Below are positions 49,301 to 58,081 of a stretch of DNA of 64,000 bases, piece after piece (the first letter of the stretch is position 1; every line of letters begins with the position of its first letter). The DNA comes from an uncultured Comamonas sp. Lineage in GTDB: Bacteria; Pseudomonadota; Gammaproteobacteria; Burkholderiales; Burkholderiaceae_C. The translations under genes and the position numbers were made by a program. The notes beneath the pieces are model-generated. The model had not been told where the DNA came from and searched no databases. It saw nothing but the letters and a program-made list of their open reading frames with translations. The stretch covers positions 26,598 to 90,597 of the forward strand of contig CAMZGS010000007.1 in NCBI GenBank assembly GCA_947306475.1, given 5' to 3'.

Positions 49301-49949
49301 ACACACGCGCCTCATGGGCCTCAAAGTCGTCGGGCCTCAGAAACTGGATCGGCTGGGTTGCCACCACCGGCAGCTGCAGGCGCGCGGCCAGATGCACGGT
49401 CTGCTCCACCAGGGCCGCATCCTCAGGGCGCCCGGCGCGCTGCAACTCCAGGTAAAAGCGATGCGGGAACATCTGCGCCAGGCGCAGGGCCTGGGCACCG
49501 GCCTCGGCCTCATCGCCGCGCAGCAGCGCCTGGCCCACCGGGCCGGCATTGGCGCCGGACAGCAGGATCAGACCCTCGCTGAGCTCCTCCAGCCACGGCC
49601 AGGCCACCTGGGCCTGGGCCTGCGCCGGGCTCCTGCTGGCATTGCTGGTCCAGGCCCGCGCCAGGATTTCCGAAAGATTGTGGTAGCCCTGCTGGGACTG
49701 CACCAGCACCACCACCCGGCTGGGGGCGGCAGCGCCTTCTTCCTCCATCACCAGCTCGGCACCGAGCAGCGGCTTGACGCCCTTGCTGCGTGCGCTCTTG
49801 TAGAACTTGAGTCCCCCGAACAGGTTGTTCAGATCGGTGATGGCCAGGGCTGGCTGTCCATCTGCGGCAGCGGCCTTCAGAACGTCGTCGATACGGCAGG
49901 TTCCGTCCACGACGGAATATTCAGAATGCAGGCGCAGATGAACAAACAT
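46395..49949 (-). CDS. dnaE: DNA polymerase III alpha subunit
   Basis: 1184 aa. The PHP domain begins FVHLRLHSEYSVVDG, and the polymerase core includes GPGRGSGAGSLVAYAL.ITD.DP. An OB fold lies near the C-terminus. Confidence 0.96.
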   Translation of the reverse strand: MFVHLRLHSEYSVVDGTCRIDDVLKAAAADGQPALAITDLNNLFGGLKFYKSARSKGVKPLLGAELVMEEEGAAAPSRVVVLVQSQQGYHNLSEILARAWTSNASRSPAQAQAQVAWPWLEELSEGLILLSGANAGPVGQALLRGDEAEAGAQALRLAQMFPHRFYLELQRAGRPEDAALVEQTVHLAARLQLPVVATQPIQFLRPDDFEAHEARVCIAEGEVLANPKRLRRFTREQYFKSSAQMQELFADVPSALANTVEIARRCNVTLVLGKHFLPDFPTPAGMSPDEFFRQESLRGLEERLAQLYPDTAEREAQRPRYLERLEFELGIILKMGFPGYFLIVADFINWAKNNGCPVGPGRGSGAGSLVAYALKITDLDPIHYNLLFERFLNPERVSMPDFDVDFCQANRDRVIDYVKEKYGKNAVSQIATFGTMAARAVIRDVGRVMDMSYGFCDGISKLIPNKPGLHVTLKYPPNPKKDGDKYTYAIEAEPLLAHRIEQEEDVRNLIEMAQKLEGMTRNIGMHAGGVVIAPGKLTDFCPLYQQPGSESAVSMFDKDDVEQIGLVKFDFLGLATLTILEIAREFIRKRHKGQENFKFEDIPLDDWPTYKLFQEGKTEAVFQFESRGMQGMLKEAKPSRLEDLIALNALYRPGPMDLIPSFVERKHGREPIEYPHPLVEKVLAETYGIMVYQEQVMQTAQVLGGYSLGGADLLRRAMGKKKPEEMAKHREIFREGAAKQGISQEKADEVFDLMEKFAGYGFNKSHAAAYSLLAYHTAWLKVHYTAEFFCGNMTVEMDNTDKLRVLYEDALKMGLSFEPPDVNRGNYRFEPVTDTVIRYGLGAIKGTGQAAIEAIVAARDGHGVGPQGHVKGPFRSLWDFCVRVDRSKLNKRTLEALIKAGAFDSIERNRAALQASMEDAFEYANAQLANANQGGLFDMMGDDAQGASTQEPPLAQVLPWGVREQLMHEKTAVGFYLSGHLFDEVQEEVRRFIRTPLDELKDSREPQLMAGIVSELRVINSQRGGKLCLFKLDDKSAVLEASVDEATYNAAKNLLKDDEFVILQGRVQHDHFSGGLRIKATQVWSLADARCRFARYLLIEAGDKRPRIERLLQAYPARQQVGDDGLPVSLGVRLRVLLHCHADDASASVELELGPEHQCYPSDAALADWRAEVGSDACRLVWRS

Positions 49950-50026
49950 AGGGGGGCGATTGTATGGCCGCCGCTACAATGCCACGTTCCCATCAGGTAC
50001 CTCCTAGTCTGAAAGCTGTTTGCCCC

Positions 50027-50818
50027 ATGCTGCGTCTCCCACGCCCTGCCCTTGCTCTTGCCCTTGCCGGTGTACTGGCCGGATGCTCTTCCCTGGAAGA
50101 AGACAAAACCGCCAACTGGACGCCAGAGCGCATCTACACCGAGGCACGCGATGAGGTCAGCGCCGGCGGCTACGACAAGGCCGTGCCCCTGTTCGAGAAG
50201 CTCGAAGGCCGCGCAGCAGGCACGCCCCTGGCCCAGCAGGCACAGCTGGAAAAGGCCTATGCCCAGTACAAGGCCGGTGAACGTGCCGATGCCATTGCCA
50301 CTCTGGACCGCTTCATGAAGCTGCACCCCAGCAGCCCGGCCTACGACTACGCCCTGTACCTGAAGGGGTTGACCAATTTCAACGACAAGCTGGGGCTTTT
50401 TTCCTGGCTGTCGCGCCAGGATCTGTCCGAGCGCGACCAGAAGGCTGCCAAGGAGTCCTACGAGTCGTTCTATGAGCTGGTGCAGCGCTTCCCCGGCTCG
50501 CGCTACGCTCCCGATGCCCAGCAGCGCATGACCTACATCATCAACTCGCTGGCGCAGTACGAAGTGCACGTGGCACGCTACTACTATGAGCGCGGCGCCT
50601 ACGTGGCCGCCATTGGGCGTGCCCAGGCGGCCCTGTCCGATTACCAGGGCGTGCCCGCCAGCGAGGAGGCTCTGCGCATCCTGGCCAACTCCTACGACAA
50701 GCTGGGCATGACCGATCTGCGCGACGATGCCCTGCGCGTGCTGGAAGCCAACTTCTCTGCCGAAAGCGCCGAATCGGCCCTGAGAAAAGACAGGAAGCCC
50801 TGGTGGAAGCTTTGGTAA
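50027..50818 (+). CDS. bamD: outer-membrane protein assembly factor BamD
   Basis: Lipoprotein signal MLRLPRPALALALAGVLAGCSS. TPR-like YfiO sequence (YTEARDEVSAGGYDKAVPLFEKLE..., RYYYERGAYVAA). Confidence 0.9.
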   Translation: MLRLPRPALALALAGVLAGCSSLEEDKTANWTPERIYTEARDEVSAGGYDKAVPLFEKLEGRAAGTPLAQQAQLEKAYAQYKAGERADAIATLDRFMKLHPSSPAYDYALYLKGLTNFNDKLGLFSWLSRQDLSERDQKAAKESYESFYELVQRFPGSRYAPDAQQRMTYIINSLAQYEVHVARYYYERGAYVAAIGRAQAALSDYQGVPASEEALRILANSYDKLGMTDLRDDALRVLEANFSAESAESALRKDRKPWWKLW

Positions 50819-50832
50819 AAATCGGGCCCCAG

Positions 50833-50871
50833 CCCTTGCCCAGCAAGCACTGACAGCTTACATTTTCAAGG
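50833..50871. repeat. REP-like half element overlapping the 3' end of the helicase gene
   Basis: CCTTGCCCAGCAAGCACTGACAGCTTACATTTTCAAGG aligns closely with copy 24574-24617. Its TTTCAAGG end encodes the last residues (ALKM-stop) of the minus-strand helicase. Confidence 0.55.
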
Positions 50872-52846
50872 CGTCCAGACCTGCCAGCCATTCCTGGCGC
50901 GTCGTCACCAGCGGCATGGATGGCAGGGCGACAAGCAGACGCGGACCGTAGGATTTTTCCAGCAGGCGGGTGTCGGCAATCACCACCGTACCCCGGTCGG
51001 TTTCGCTGCGAATCAGGCGCCCCACCCCCTGCTTGAGGGCCATTGCCGCCTCCGGCAGCAGGTAGTCGTGAAAGGCGCTCAGGCCCATGCCCTCCAGCTG
51101 GCGCGAGCGCGCCTGCACCAGCGGGTCATCCGGCGGCGCAAAGGGCAGCTTGTCGATGATGAGCAGTTGCAGTGCCTCACCGGCCACGTCCACCCCCTCC
51201 CAGAACGTGGCGGATGCCACCAGCACACAACCCCGCCCCTGCACCGTGCCGGCGCGAAAACGCTCCAGCAGTGCGTGCTTGGCGCCCTGCCCCTGCACCA
51301 GCACGTCGATGGGCGCAAACAGCCCCAACTGACTTTGCAACTGGCTGCCAATGGCTTGCAGCGCCTTGAGCGTGGTGGTCAGCACCAGGGTGCGGCCTCC
51401 CAGGCGCATGGCACCTTCACAGGCCAGGGTCGCCACGGCGGTGCTGTGGCGTGCGACATCCTGCACGGCCGGGGCATCCTGCGGTACGTACAACAGGGCC
51501 TGCTGCGCATAGTCGAACGGGCTGGCCACGCGCAGCGTGCGCGCGCCCTGTAGCCCGCAGGTGTGGGTGAACCAGTGCAGATCGGGTGAGTCGCCCAGCG
51601 TGGCAGAGGTGAACACCCAGGCCTGCCCCTGCTGCCCGGCGCCGACGATGCCCGGCAACAGCGCCGCTACCGTCAGGGGGGCCTGCGTCAGCACCACATG
51701 CCGTGCCTGCCGATCCAGCCAGCGCACCGTATCCGGCGGCGCTGGACGGGCAAACAGCGCCAGGGTCTGCAACAGCTGCCCGGCGCGCGCCTGTAGTTGC
51801 AGGATGGCGGGCGCCACCTCGGCCACACTGTCCAGCGCCTGCCAGAAGCGCCGCAGACTGCGCCCGACGATGTGCAGCTGACGCTGCCAACCCTGCTCCT
51901 CCACCCCCAGGGGAGCCAGGCCCGACCAGGGCTGGCGCGCGCCCAGTGGCAAGGGAGCAGCCAGCGCACACCACTGCTGCACCGCCTGCTCCAGCACCAC
52001 CAGCAGGTCCAGCCAGGGTTGCAGGCCGCGCGCATGCTCGGTCGTGATGGCCATGGCATCGCGCGCAAAGCCCAGCAGCTGGCGCGTACTCAGGCTCTGG
52101 CCGGCAAATTGCACCCCGGTGTCGTTGAGCTGGTGTGCCTCATCGACGATCACCACGCCGGCCTGCGGCAGCAGTGGTGCCACGCCCTCCTCCTGCAATT
52201 GCTGGTCGGCAAAGAACAGGTGATGGTTGACCACGCAGACATCGACCTGCAGCGCCTGGGCACGTGCGCGGTTGACGTGGCAGGTATCCCAGAACGCACA
52301 CTCACGCCCCACGCAGTTGCTGCGCGTGGAGGTGACCAGCGGCAGCAGCGTCTCGGGCAGGCCGGGCAGCTCGGCCATATCGCCCGTGGTGGTGGCCCGC
52401 AGCCATTGCTGCACCTGGGTCAGCGCGCGCAGCACCTGCGGATCGTGGCGCTGCTGGCCCTGGTGCGCCTGCGCAACGCGGTGCTGGCACACATAGCTGC
52501 TGCGCCCTTTCAGGCGCGCGGCGCGCAGCGGCAGGCCCAGTTGTTGCAGCAGCTGGGGCAGGTCGCGCTCGAACAGCTGGTCCTGCAAGGCCTTGGTGGC
52601 CGTGGAGATCACCACCTTGCGGCCACTGAGCAAGGCCGGCACCAGATAGGCAAAGGTCTTGCCCACGCCGGTGCCGGCCTCCACCACCAGGGTGGCCCCC
52701 TCTTCAATGGTCTGGGCCACGGCCTGCGCCATGGCAACCTGCCCGGCACGCGGGCGAAACTGCGGTTGCCCGCGCGCCAGCCAGCCGTCGGTCGCAAAGG
52801 CCGACTGCACTTGCGCAACCAGGGAAGAAGTGGAATGGGAAGACAT
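50858..52846 (-). CDS. ATP-dependent DNA helicase, XPD-like Fe-S family (YoaA/DinG type)
   Basis: Walker A EAGTGVGKTFAYL and DEAH-type box VIVDEAHQL. Four-Cys cluster region (CQHR...NCVGRECAFWDTCHV) and a C-terminal helicase motif GVGRLIR. Start set at ATG 52846. Confidence 0.88.
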   Translation of the reverse strand: MSSHSTSSLVAQVQSAFATDGWLARGQPQFRPRAGQVAMAQAVAQTIEEGATLVVEAGTGVGKTFAYLVPALLSGRKVVISTATKALQDQLFERDLPQLLQQLGLPLRAARLKGRSSYVCQHRVAQAHQGQQRHDPQVLRALTQVQQWLRATTTGDMAELPGLPETLLPLVTSTRSNCVGRECAFWDTCHVNRARAQALQVDVCVVNHHLFFADQQLQEEGVAPLLPQAGVVIVDEAHQLNDTGVQFAGQSLSTRQLLGFARDAMAITTEHARGLQPWLDLLVVLEQAVQQWCALAAPLPLGARQPWSGLAPLGVEEQGWQRQLHIVGRSLRRFWQALDSVAEVAPAILQLQARAGQLLQTLALFARPAPPDTVRWLDRQARHVVLTQAPLTVAALLPGIVGAGQQGQAWVFTSATLGDSPDLHWFTHTCGLQGARTLRVASPFDYAQQALLYVPQDAPAVQDVARHSTAVATLACEGAMRLGGRTLVLTTTLKALQAIGSQLQSQLGLFAPIDVLVQGQGAKHALLERFRAGTVQGRGCVLVASATFWEGVDVAGEALQLLIIDKLPFAPPDDPLVQARSRQLEGMGLSAFHDYLLPEAAMALKQGVGRLIRSETDRGTVVIADTRLLEKSYGPRLLVALPSMPLVTTRQEWLAGLDALKM

Positions 52847-52938
52847 AAAGGCTTGCTCACGTCGCTGTCTGCAATGCGCCCGACTGCACGCTCTGCGGGC
52901 TTGCGCTAGCATGCGCGGCTTTCACTTTGCCACGCCCC

Positions 52939-53283
52939 ATGCGCCCTGCTCACCTGACGATTCTGATGCTCCTGATGAGCAATGTATTCATGACGTTTGC
53001 CTGGTACGCCCACCTGCGCGATCTGAGCAGCAAGCCCTGGTTCGTCGCCGCGCTGGCAAGCTGGGGCATTGCGTTGTTCGAGTACCTGCTGCAAGTGCCT
53101 GCCAACCGCATTGGCTACCAGGAACTCAGCCTGGGGCAGCTGAAAATCCTGCAGGAAGTGCTCACGCTGACGGTGTTTGTGCCGTTTGCCGTGTTCTATA
53201 TGAAGGAGCCCCTCAAGCTGGACTATCTGTGGGCCGGCCTGTGCCTGCTGGGCGCGGTGTACTTCATCTTCCGAGGGGACTAG
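52939..53283 (+). CDS. DMT-superfamily small membrane protein (DUF486-like)
   Basis: LLMSNVFMTFAWYAHLRDL...WGIALFEYLLQVPANRIGY is the pattern I associate with DUF486. ATG 52939 chosen (the track start is a TTG 4 codons upstream). Confidence 0.75.
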   Translation: MRPAHLTILMLLMSNVFMTFAWYAHLRDLSSKPWFVAALASWGIALFEYLLQVPANRIGYQELSLGQLKILQEVLTLTVFVPFAVFYMKEPLKLDYLWAGLCLLGAVYFIFRGD

Positions 53284-53905
53284 CGCCTGCCGGCGGCACG
53301 GGCAGCGGCTGGCCACGCTGCGGCTGCGCCGACTGCTGAGCTTCCTCACGCCGCTGCTGGGCACGGCGCTGTTTTTCGCTCCAGGCCTGCTCGGCCTTGC
53401 TGCGGCGCTCGGCCTCGGCTGCCTCACGCTCCTGCACCTGCCGGGCATGATCGGCCTGGCGCTGGCGCTGCTGGGCGGCACGCTCTGCGGCCTCCTTGGC
53501 GCGCGCGCCTTCCTGCTGGCGCAGCGCGGCATCGGGCACAGGCTTGCGGGTGTGCGCCTGCACCGGTGCCGGGGGCGGCGCGTTGGCCCGCTTGGCTTCA
53601 ATGGCTCGCAGACGCTCGGCTGCGCGCTCCTGGCGCTCCTGCTGGTTCAGCTCCAGCTCGCGCGCGCGCAACGGCGCCAGTTGCGCACGGGCGCGGGCAC
53701 GCACGTCCTTGAGGCAGTCTTCCACCGCAAAGCGCTGCCAGCAGGCTTTTTCCTCCTGTGCCTGTGTCGCTGCAATGGCCGCGCGCTGGCGCTCGATGTC
53801 GGCCCGCTCGGCCTCGCGGGCGCTGGCCCCTGCTTGCTGTGCCAGTCCTGTTCCATAGGCCGCCAGGCACACGGCGGCAATCCATAAACGCTGCATGACG
53901 CGCAT
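53264..53905 (-). CDS. secreted, highly charged Ala/Gln/Arg/Glu-rich protein of unknown function
   Basis: Signal peptide MRVMQRLWIAAVCLAAYGTGLA, a Cys pair (CWQRFAVEDC), then low-complexity coiled-coil-like ERQ/AEA repeats. The frame is GC3-rich. It overlaps the DUF486 3' end by 20 nt. Confidence 0.55.
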   Translation of the reverse strand: MRVMQRLWIAAVCLAAYGTGLAQQAGASAREAERADIERQRAAIAATQAQEEKACWQRFAVEDCLKDVRARARAQLAPLRARELELNQQERQERAAERLRAIEAKRANAPPPAPVQAHTRKPVPDAALRQQEGARAKEAAERAAQQRQRQADHARQVQEREAAEAERRSKAEQAWSEKQRRAQQRREEAQQSAQPQRGQPLPVPPAGASPLGR

Positions 53906-53937
53906 TATCGGTGCCAGAACCGGCGCATGCTGCCGGA

Positions 53938-55041
53938 TCAGGTCAGCGCCGTATCCACGTCACGCCGCTCCAGGCTGAGGAATTCCTGCGACTGCATCTC
54001 GTTGAGGCGCGAGACGGTGCGCGGAAACTCATGCGCCAGCGGCCCTTCGGTATAGAGCTGCTCGGGCGGCACCTCTGCGCTCATGATGAGCTTGACGCGC
54101 CGGTCGTAGAGCACGTCCACCAGCCAGGTAAAGCGCCGTGCAGGCGAAGCCATGCTCACCGGCATGTAGGGCACGTTGGAGAGCATCACCGTATGGAACT
54201 GGCTGGCGATCTCCAGGTAGTCGTTCTGCGAACGCGGGCCGCCGCACAGCTCGCGGAAGTCGAACCAGATGGTCTTGCCTGCCCGGCGCAGCGCCGGGAT
54301 CTGGCGCGATTCGATGGTGAAGACGGGCTTTTCGTCGGGCGCGGATTCCAGCTGCTCGAAGGCCTGCTGCATGGCCGCATCGGCCTGCGGCCCCAGCGGG
54401 CAGTGGTAGAGCTGCACCATCTCCAGCGTGCGGCGGCGGTAATCGGTGCCGTTATCGACGTTGATGACTTCCATGCGCTGGTTGAGCAAGTCGATGGCCG
54501 GCAGGATGCGGTCGCGGTGCAGCCCGTCGGGGTAGAGCTCATCGGGCCTGAAGTTGGAGGTGGTGACAAAGCCCACATCGTTGTCGAACAGCGCCAGCAG
54601 CAGCCGGTACAGGATCATCGCATCGGTGATGTCGGCGACGTGGAACTCGTCAAAGCAGATCAGCTTGTAGCGCTTGGCAATCCTGGCGCCCAGGGCATCG
54701 AGCGGGTTTTGCGTGCCCTGCAGGGCATTGAGCTCGCGGTGCACCTCGCGCATGAACTCGTGAAAGTGCAGGCGCACCTTGCGCTTGATGGGCACGCTGT
54801 TGAAGAAGCAGTCCATCAGAAAGCTCTTGCCGCGCCCCACGCCGCCATACATGTAAACGCCCTTGGGGATGGCGGGCTTGTTGAACAGCTTCTTCAGGGA
54901 ATTGGAGCGCCTGGCCTTGTACGCAGCCCAATCGTCGGCGCAGCGCTGCAAGGCGGCCACGGCGCGCAGCTGCGCCGGATCGGCGGTAAAGCCCTTGGCG
55001 GCCAGCTCCGCCTGGTAGGCCTGTTCTACGTTCACTGCCAT
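53938..55041 (-). CDS. zapE: cell division protein ZapE (AFG1-like ATPase)
   Basis: Walker A GVYMYGGVGRGKSFLMD and Walker B LICFDEFHVADI. SD AAGGAG lies directly upstream of the ATG. Confidence 0.9.
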   Translation of the reverse strand: MAVNVEQAYQAELAAKGFTADPAQLRAVAALQRCADDWAAYKARRSNSLKKLFNKPAIPKGVYMYGGVGRGKSFLMDCFFNSVPIKRKVRLHFHEFMREVHRELNALQGTQNPLDALGARIAKRYKLICFDEFHVADITDAMILYRLLLALFDNDVGFVTTSNFRPDELYPDGLHRDRILPAIDLLNQRMEVINVDNGTDYRRRTLEMVQLYHCPLGPQADAAMQQAFEQLESAPDEKPVFTIESRQIPALRRAGKTIWFDFRELCGGPRSQNDYLEIASQFHTVMLSNVPYMPVSMASPARRFTWLVDVLYDRRVKLIMSAEVPPEQLYTEGPLAHEFPRTVSRLNEMQSQEFLSLERRDVDTALT

Positions 55042-55048
55042 CTCCTTT

Positions 55049-55141
55049 AAAAAAGATAGCTATTACCGCTTTACCACACTGATTTTCAAGGCCAAATGTA
55101 TCAAAACTCGCCTTCCAGTCAGCGCCAATAGCTATCTTTTT
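55049..55141. repeat. full-length REP-like long hairpin
   Basis: The left arm AAAAGATAGCTATTACCGCT...GATTTTCAAGGC pairs with the right arm ...GCCTTCCAGTCAGCGCCAATAGCTATCTTTT. The architecture is the same as 22201-22291. Confidence 0.6.
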
Positions 55142-55163
55142 AATAATACTTGTCTATAAACAG

Positions 55164-55205
55164 GATAGCTGCCAGCGCTTGCCCTGCAAGCCCTGGCAGC
55201 TATTC
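55164..55205. repeat. REP-like hairpin (short form)
   Basis: ATAGCTGCCAG-cGCTTGCcctGCAAGCc-CTGGCAGCTAT has an 11-bp perfect outer stem and a 6-bp inner stem. It lies just after the lpd stop. Confidence 0.65.
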
Positions 55206-55218
55206 ACCTTGGCTGAAA

Positions 55219-56646
55219 TCAGAAGTTCAGCGTACGCTTGTCAACGGCCAGTGCCGCCTCCTTGGTCGATTCCGACAGCGAGGGATGGGCATGGCAGATG
55301 CGGGCGATGTCTTCGGCGCTGGCCTTGAACTCCATGGCCACCACGGCTTCAGCGATCAGCTCGGAGACCATCGGGCCCACCATGTGCACGCCCAGGATTT
55401 CGTCGGTCTGGGCATCGGCCAGGAACTTGACGAAGCCGGTGGTGTCGCCCAGCGCGCGAGCACGGCCATTGGCCATGAAGGGGAAGCTGCCAGCCTTGTA
55501 CTTGACGCCATCGGCCTTGAGCTGCTGCTCGGTGCGGCCCACCCAGGCGATTTCGGGGCTGGTGTAGATCACCCAGGGGATGGTGTTGAAGTTCACATGG
55601 CCATGCTGACCGGCAATGCGCTCGGCCACGGCCACGGCTTCTTCCTCGGCCTTGTGCGCCAGCATCGGGCCACGCACCACGTCGCCCACGGCCCAGACGC
55701 CGGGCAGGTTGGTCTGGCACAGGTCGTTGACGACGATGGCGCCACGCTCATCCAGTTGCAGGCCCACGGCTTCGGCGTTCAGACCATTGGTGTTGGGCAC
55801 GCGACCGATCGAGACGATCAGCTTGTCCACAGCCAGGCTGACTTCCTCGCCCTTGGCATTGGTGTAGGCAACAGTGACGCCCTTCTTGGTCTTCTTGATC
55901 TCGCCGATCTTCACGCCCAGCTCGATCTTCAGGCCCTGCTTGTCGAACGCCTTCTTGGCTTCCTTGGCCACTTGCTCATCCACAGCGGCCAGGAAGGTGG
56001 GCATGCCTTCGAGCACGGTCACATCCGCACCCAGACGGCGCCAGACGCTGCCCATTTCCAGACCAATCACGCCCGAGCCGATCACGCCCAGTTTCTTGGG
56101 CACGGCACCCATCGACAGCGCGCCGTCGTTGGACAGGATCTGCTGCTCATCGAACTCCACGCCAGGCAGTGCGCGGGCGTTGGAGCCGCTGGCCACGATA
56201 ACCTGCTTGGCCACCAGGGTCTCTTCGCTCTTGCCGGAGACCTTCAGCTCATAGCCGCCTTCAACCGCCTTGGAGAACGAGGCCAGGCCGTGGAAGAAGG
56301 TGACCTTGTTCTTCTTGAACAGGTACAGGATGCCATCGTTGTTCTGCTTCACGATGGCGTCCTTGCGGGCAATCATCTTGCTGACATCGATGGCCACCTT
56401 GCCGGTGCTGATGCCATGGTCGCCAAAGTGCAGCTGGGCGTGCTCAAAGTGCTCGGAAGATTGCAGCAGCGCCTTGGAGGGAATGCAGCCCACGTTGGTG
56501 CAGGTGCCGCCAGGGGCCGGAGCGCCCTGGGCGTTCTGTGCTGCATCGATACAGGCCACGCTCATGCCCAACTGGGCCGCGCGAATGGCGGCCACGTAGC
56601 CACCGGGGCCAGCGCCGATGACAACCACGTCAAATTGCTTGCTCAT
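55219..56646 (-). CDS. lpdA: dihydrolipoyl dehydrogenase (E3)
   Basis: FAD motif [15 protein letters not shown], redox-active disulfide [13 protein letters not shown] and C-terminal HAHPSLSE. Confidence 0.95.
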   Translation of the reverse strand: MSKQFDVVVIGAGPGGYVAAIRAAQLGMSVACIDAAQNAQGAPAPGGTCTNVGCIPSKALLQSSEHFEHAQLHFGDHGISTGKVAIDVSKMIARKDAIVKQNNDGILYLFKKNKVTFFHGLASFSKAVEGGYELKVSGKSEETLVAKQVIVASGSNARALPGVEFDEQQILSNDGALSMGAVPKKLGVIGSGVIGLEMGSVWRRLGADVTVLEGMPTFLAAVDEQVAKEAKKAFDKQGLKIELGVKIGEIKKTKKGVTVAYTNAKGEEVSLAVDKLIVSIGRVPNTNGLNAEAVGLQLDERGAIVVNDLCQTNLPGVWAVGDVVRGPMLAHKAEEEAVAVAERIAGQHGHVNFNTIPWVIYTSPEIAWVGRTEQQLKADGVKYKAGSFPFMANGRARALGDTTGFVKFLADAQTDEILGVHMVGPMVSELIAEAVVAMEFKASAEDIARICHAHPSLSESTKEAALAVDKRTLNF

Positions 56647-56729
56647 AAACAGTCTTTCTCTTGCTTGAAAAAGCCCACCGCCGGAATCCGAGGGTGGGCC
56701 GCATTTTCATAAAACCCTGACGACCTGGA

Positions 56730-57977
56730 TTACAGATCGAACAGCAGGCGCGAGGGGTCTTCCAGAGCGTCCTTCATGGCCACCAGACCCAGCACGGCTT
56801 CGCGGCCGTCGATGATGCGGTGGTCATACGACATGGCCAGGTAGTTCATGGGGCGGACCACCACTTGGCCGTTCTCCACCACGGCGCGGTCCTTGGTGGC
56901 GTGCACGCCCAGGATGGCCGATTGCGGGGGGTTGATGATGGGGGTGGACATCATCGAACCGAAGGTGCCGCCGTTGGAGATGGAGAAGGTACCGCCGGTC
57001 ATTTCTTCGATGCCCAGCTTGCCGTCCTTGGCCTTCTGGCCGAATTCGGCAATCTTCTTCTCGATGTCGGCAAAGCTCATCTGGTCGGCGTTGCGCAGGA
57101 TCGGCACCACCAGACCGCGGGGCGAGCCGACCGCGATACCGATGTCGAAGTAGCCGTGGTAGATGATGTCGTTGCCATCGACCGAAGCGTTCAGGATGGG
57201 GTACTTCTTCAGGGCATGCACGGCAGCCTTGACAAAGAAGGACATGAAGCCCAGCTTGACGCCGTGCTCTTTGGTGAACTGGTCCTGGAACTTCTTGCGC
57301 AGCTCCATCACGGGGGCCATGTTCACTTCGTTGAACGTGGTCAGGATGGCGTTGGTCGATTGCGACTGCAGCAGACGCTCGGCAATACGGGCGCGCAGAC
57401 GGGTCATGGGCACGCGCTGCTCGGGACGGCCGGTCAGGTCTTCCTTCAGAGCGGGAGCAGCCACCTGGGGCAGCGCAGCCTTGGGTGCGCCGGTGGGGAT
57501 GGCGCTGCCGGCAGCAATGGCGGCCAGGGCGTCGCCCTTGGTCACGCGACCGTCCTTGCCGGTGCCGGTCACATTGGCGGCAGACAGGTTGTTCTCAGCC
57601 AGGATCTTGGCCGCGGCGGGCATGGCCACGCCACCCTTGCTGGCGGCTGCGGGAGCCGCAGCAGGCGCTGCGGGGGCAGCGGCGGCAGGAGCCGCAGCCG
57701 GGGCGGCAGCGGGTGCAGCGGCAGCGCCAGCCACGGCTTCGGTATCGATCTTGGCGATCAGCTGCTCGGCGGTGACGGTGGCGCCGTCGCCTTGCAGGAT
57801 TTCGGTCAGCACGCCAGCAGCGGGGGCCGGCACTTCCAGCACGACCTTGTCGGTTTCGATCTCGATCAGGATTTCATCGACGGCAACAGCCTCACCGACC
57901 TTCTTCTTCCAGTTGAGCATGGTGGCTTCGGCGATGGATTCCGACAGCTGGGGCACTTTTACTTCTACGATGGCCAT
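56730..57977 (-). CDS. sucB: dihydrolipoamide succinyltransferase (E2 of 2-oxoglutarate dehydrogenase)
   Basis: Lipoyl domain ([15 protein letters not shown]), Ala/Pro linker, and catalytic domain with ...[13 protein letters not shown]. Confidence 0.95.
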   Translation of the reverse strand: MAIVEVKVPQLSESIAEATMLNWKKKVGEAVAVDEILIEIETDKVVLEVPAPAAGVLTEILQGDGATVTAEQLIAKIDTEAVAGAAAAPAAAPAAAPAAAAPAAPAAAPAAASKGGVAMPAAAKILAENNLSAANVTGTGKDGRVTKGDALAAIAAGSAIPTGAPKAALPQVAAPALKEDLTGRPEQRVPMTRLRARIAERLLQSQSTNAILTTFNEVNMAPVMELRKKFQDQFTKEHGVKLGFMSFFVKAAVHALKKYPILNASVDGNDIIYHGYFDIGIAVGSPRGLVVPILRNADQMSFADIEKKIAEFGQKAKDGKLGIEEMTGGTFSISNGGTFGSMMSTPIINPPQSAILGVHATKDRAVVENGQVVVRPMNYLAMSYDHRIIDGREAVLGLVAMKDALEDPSRLLFDL

Positions 57978-58081
57978 GGAATATCTCTCTTGAGTAAATG
58001 GGGACGTGAATAACGAAAGGTTCTACAGGGTATGCACACCAAAGCCCCATGCGCGGGGCATGGGGCTGGCAGGGGCCGTGC

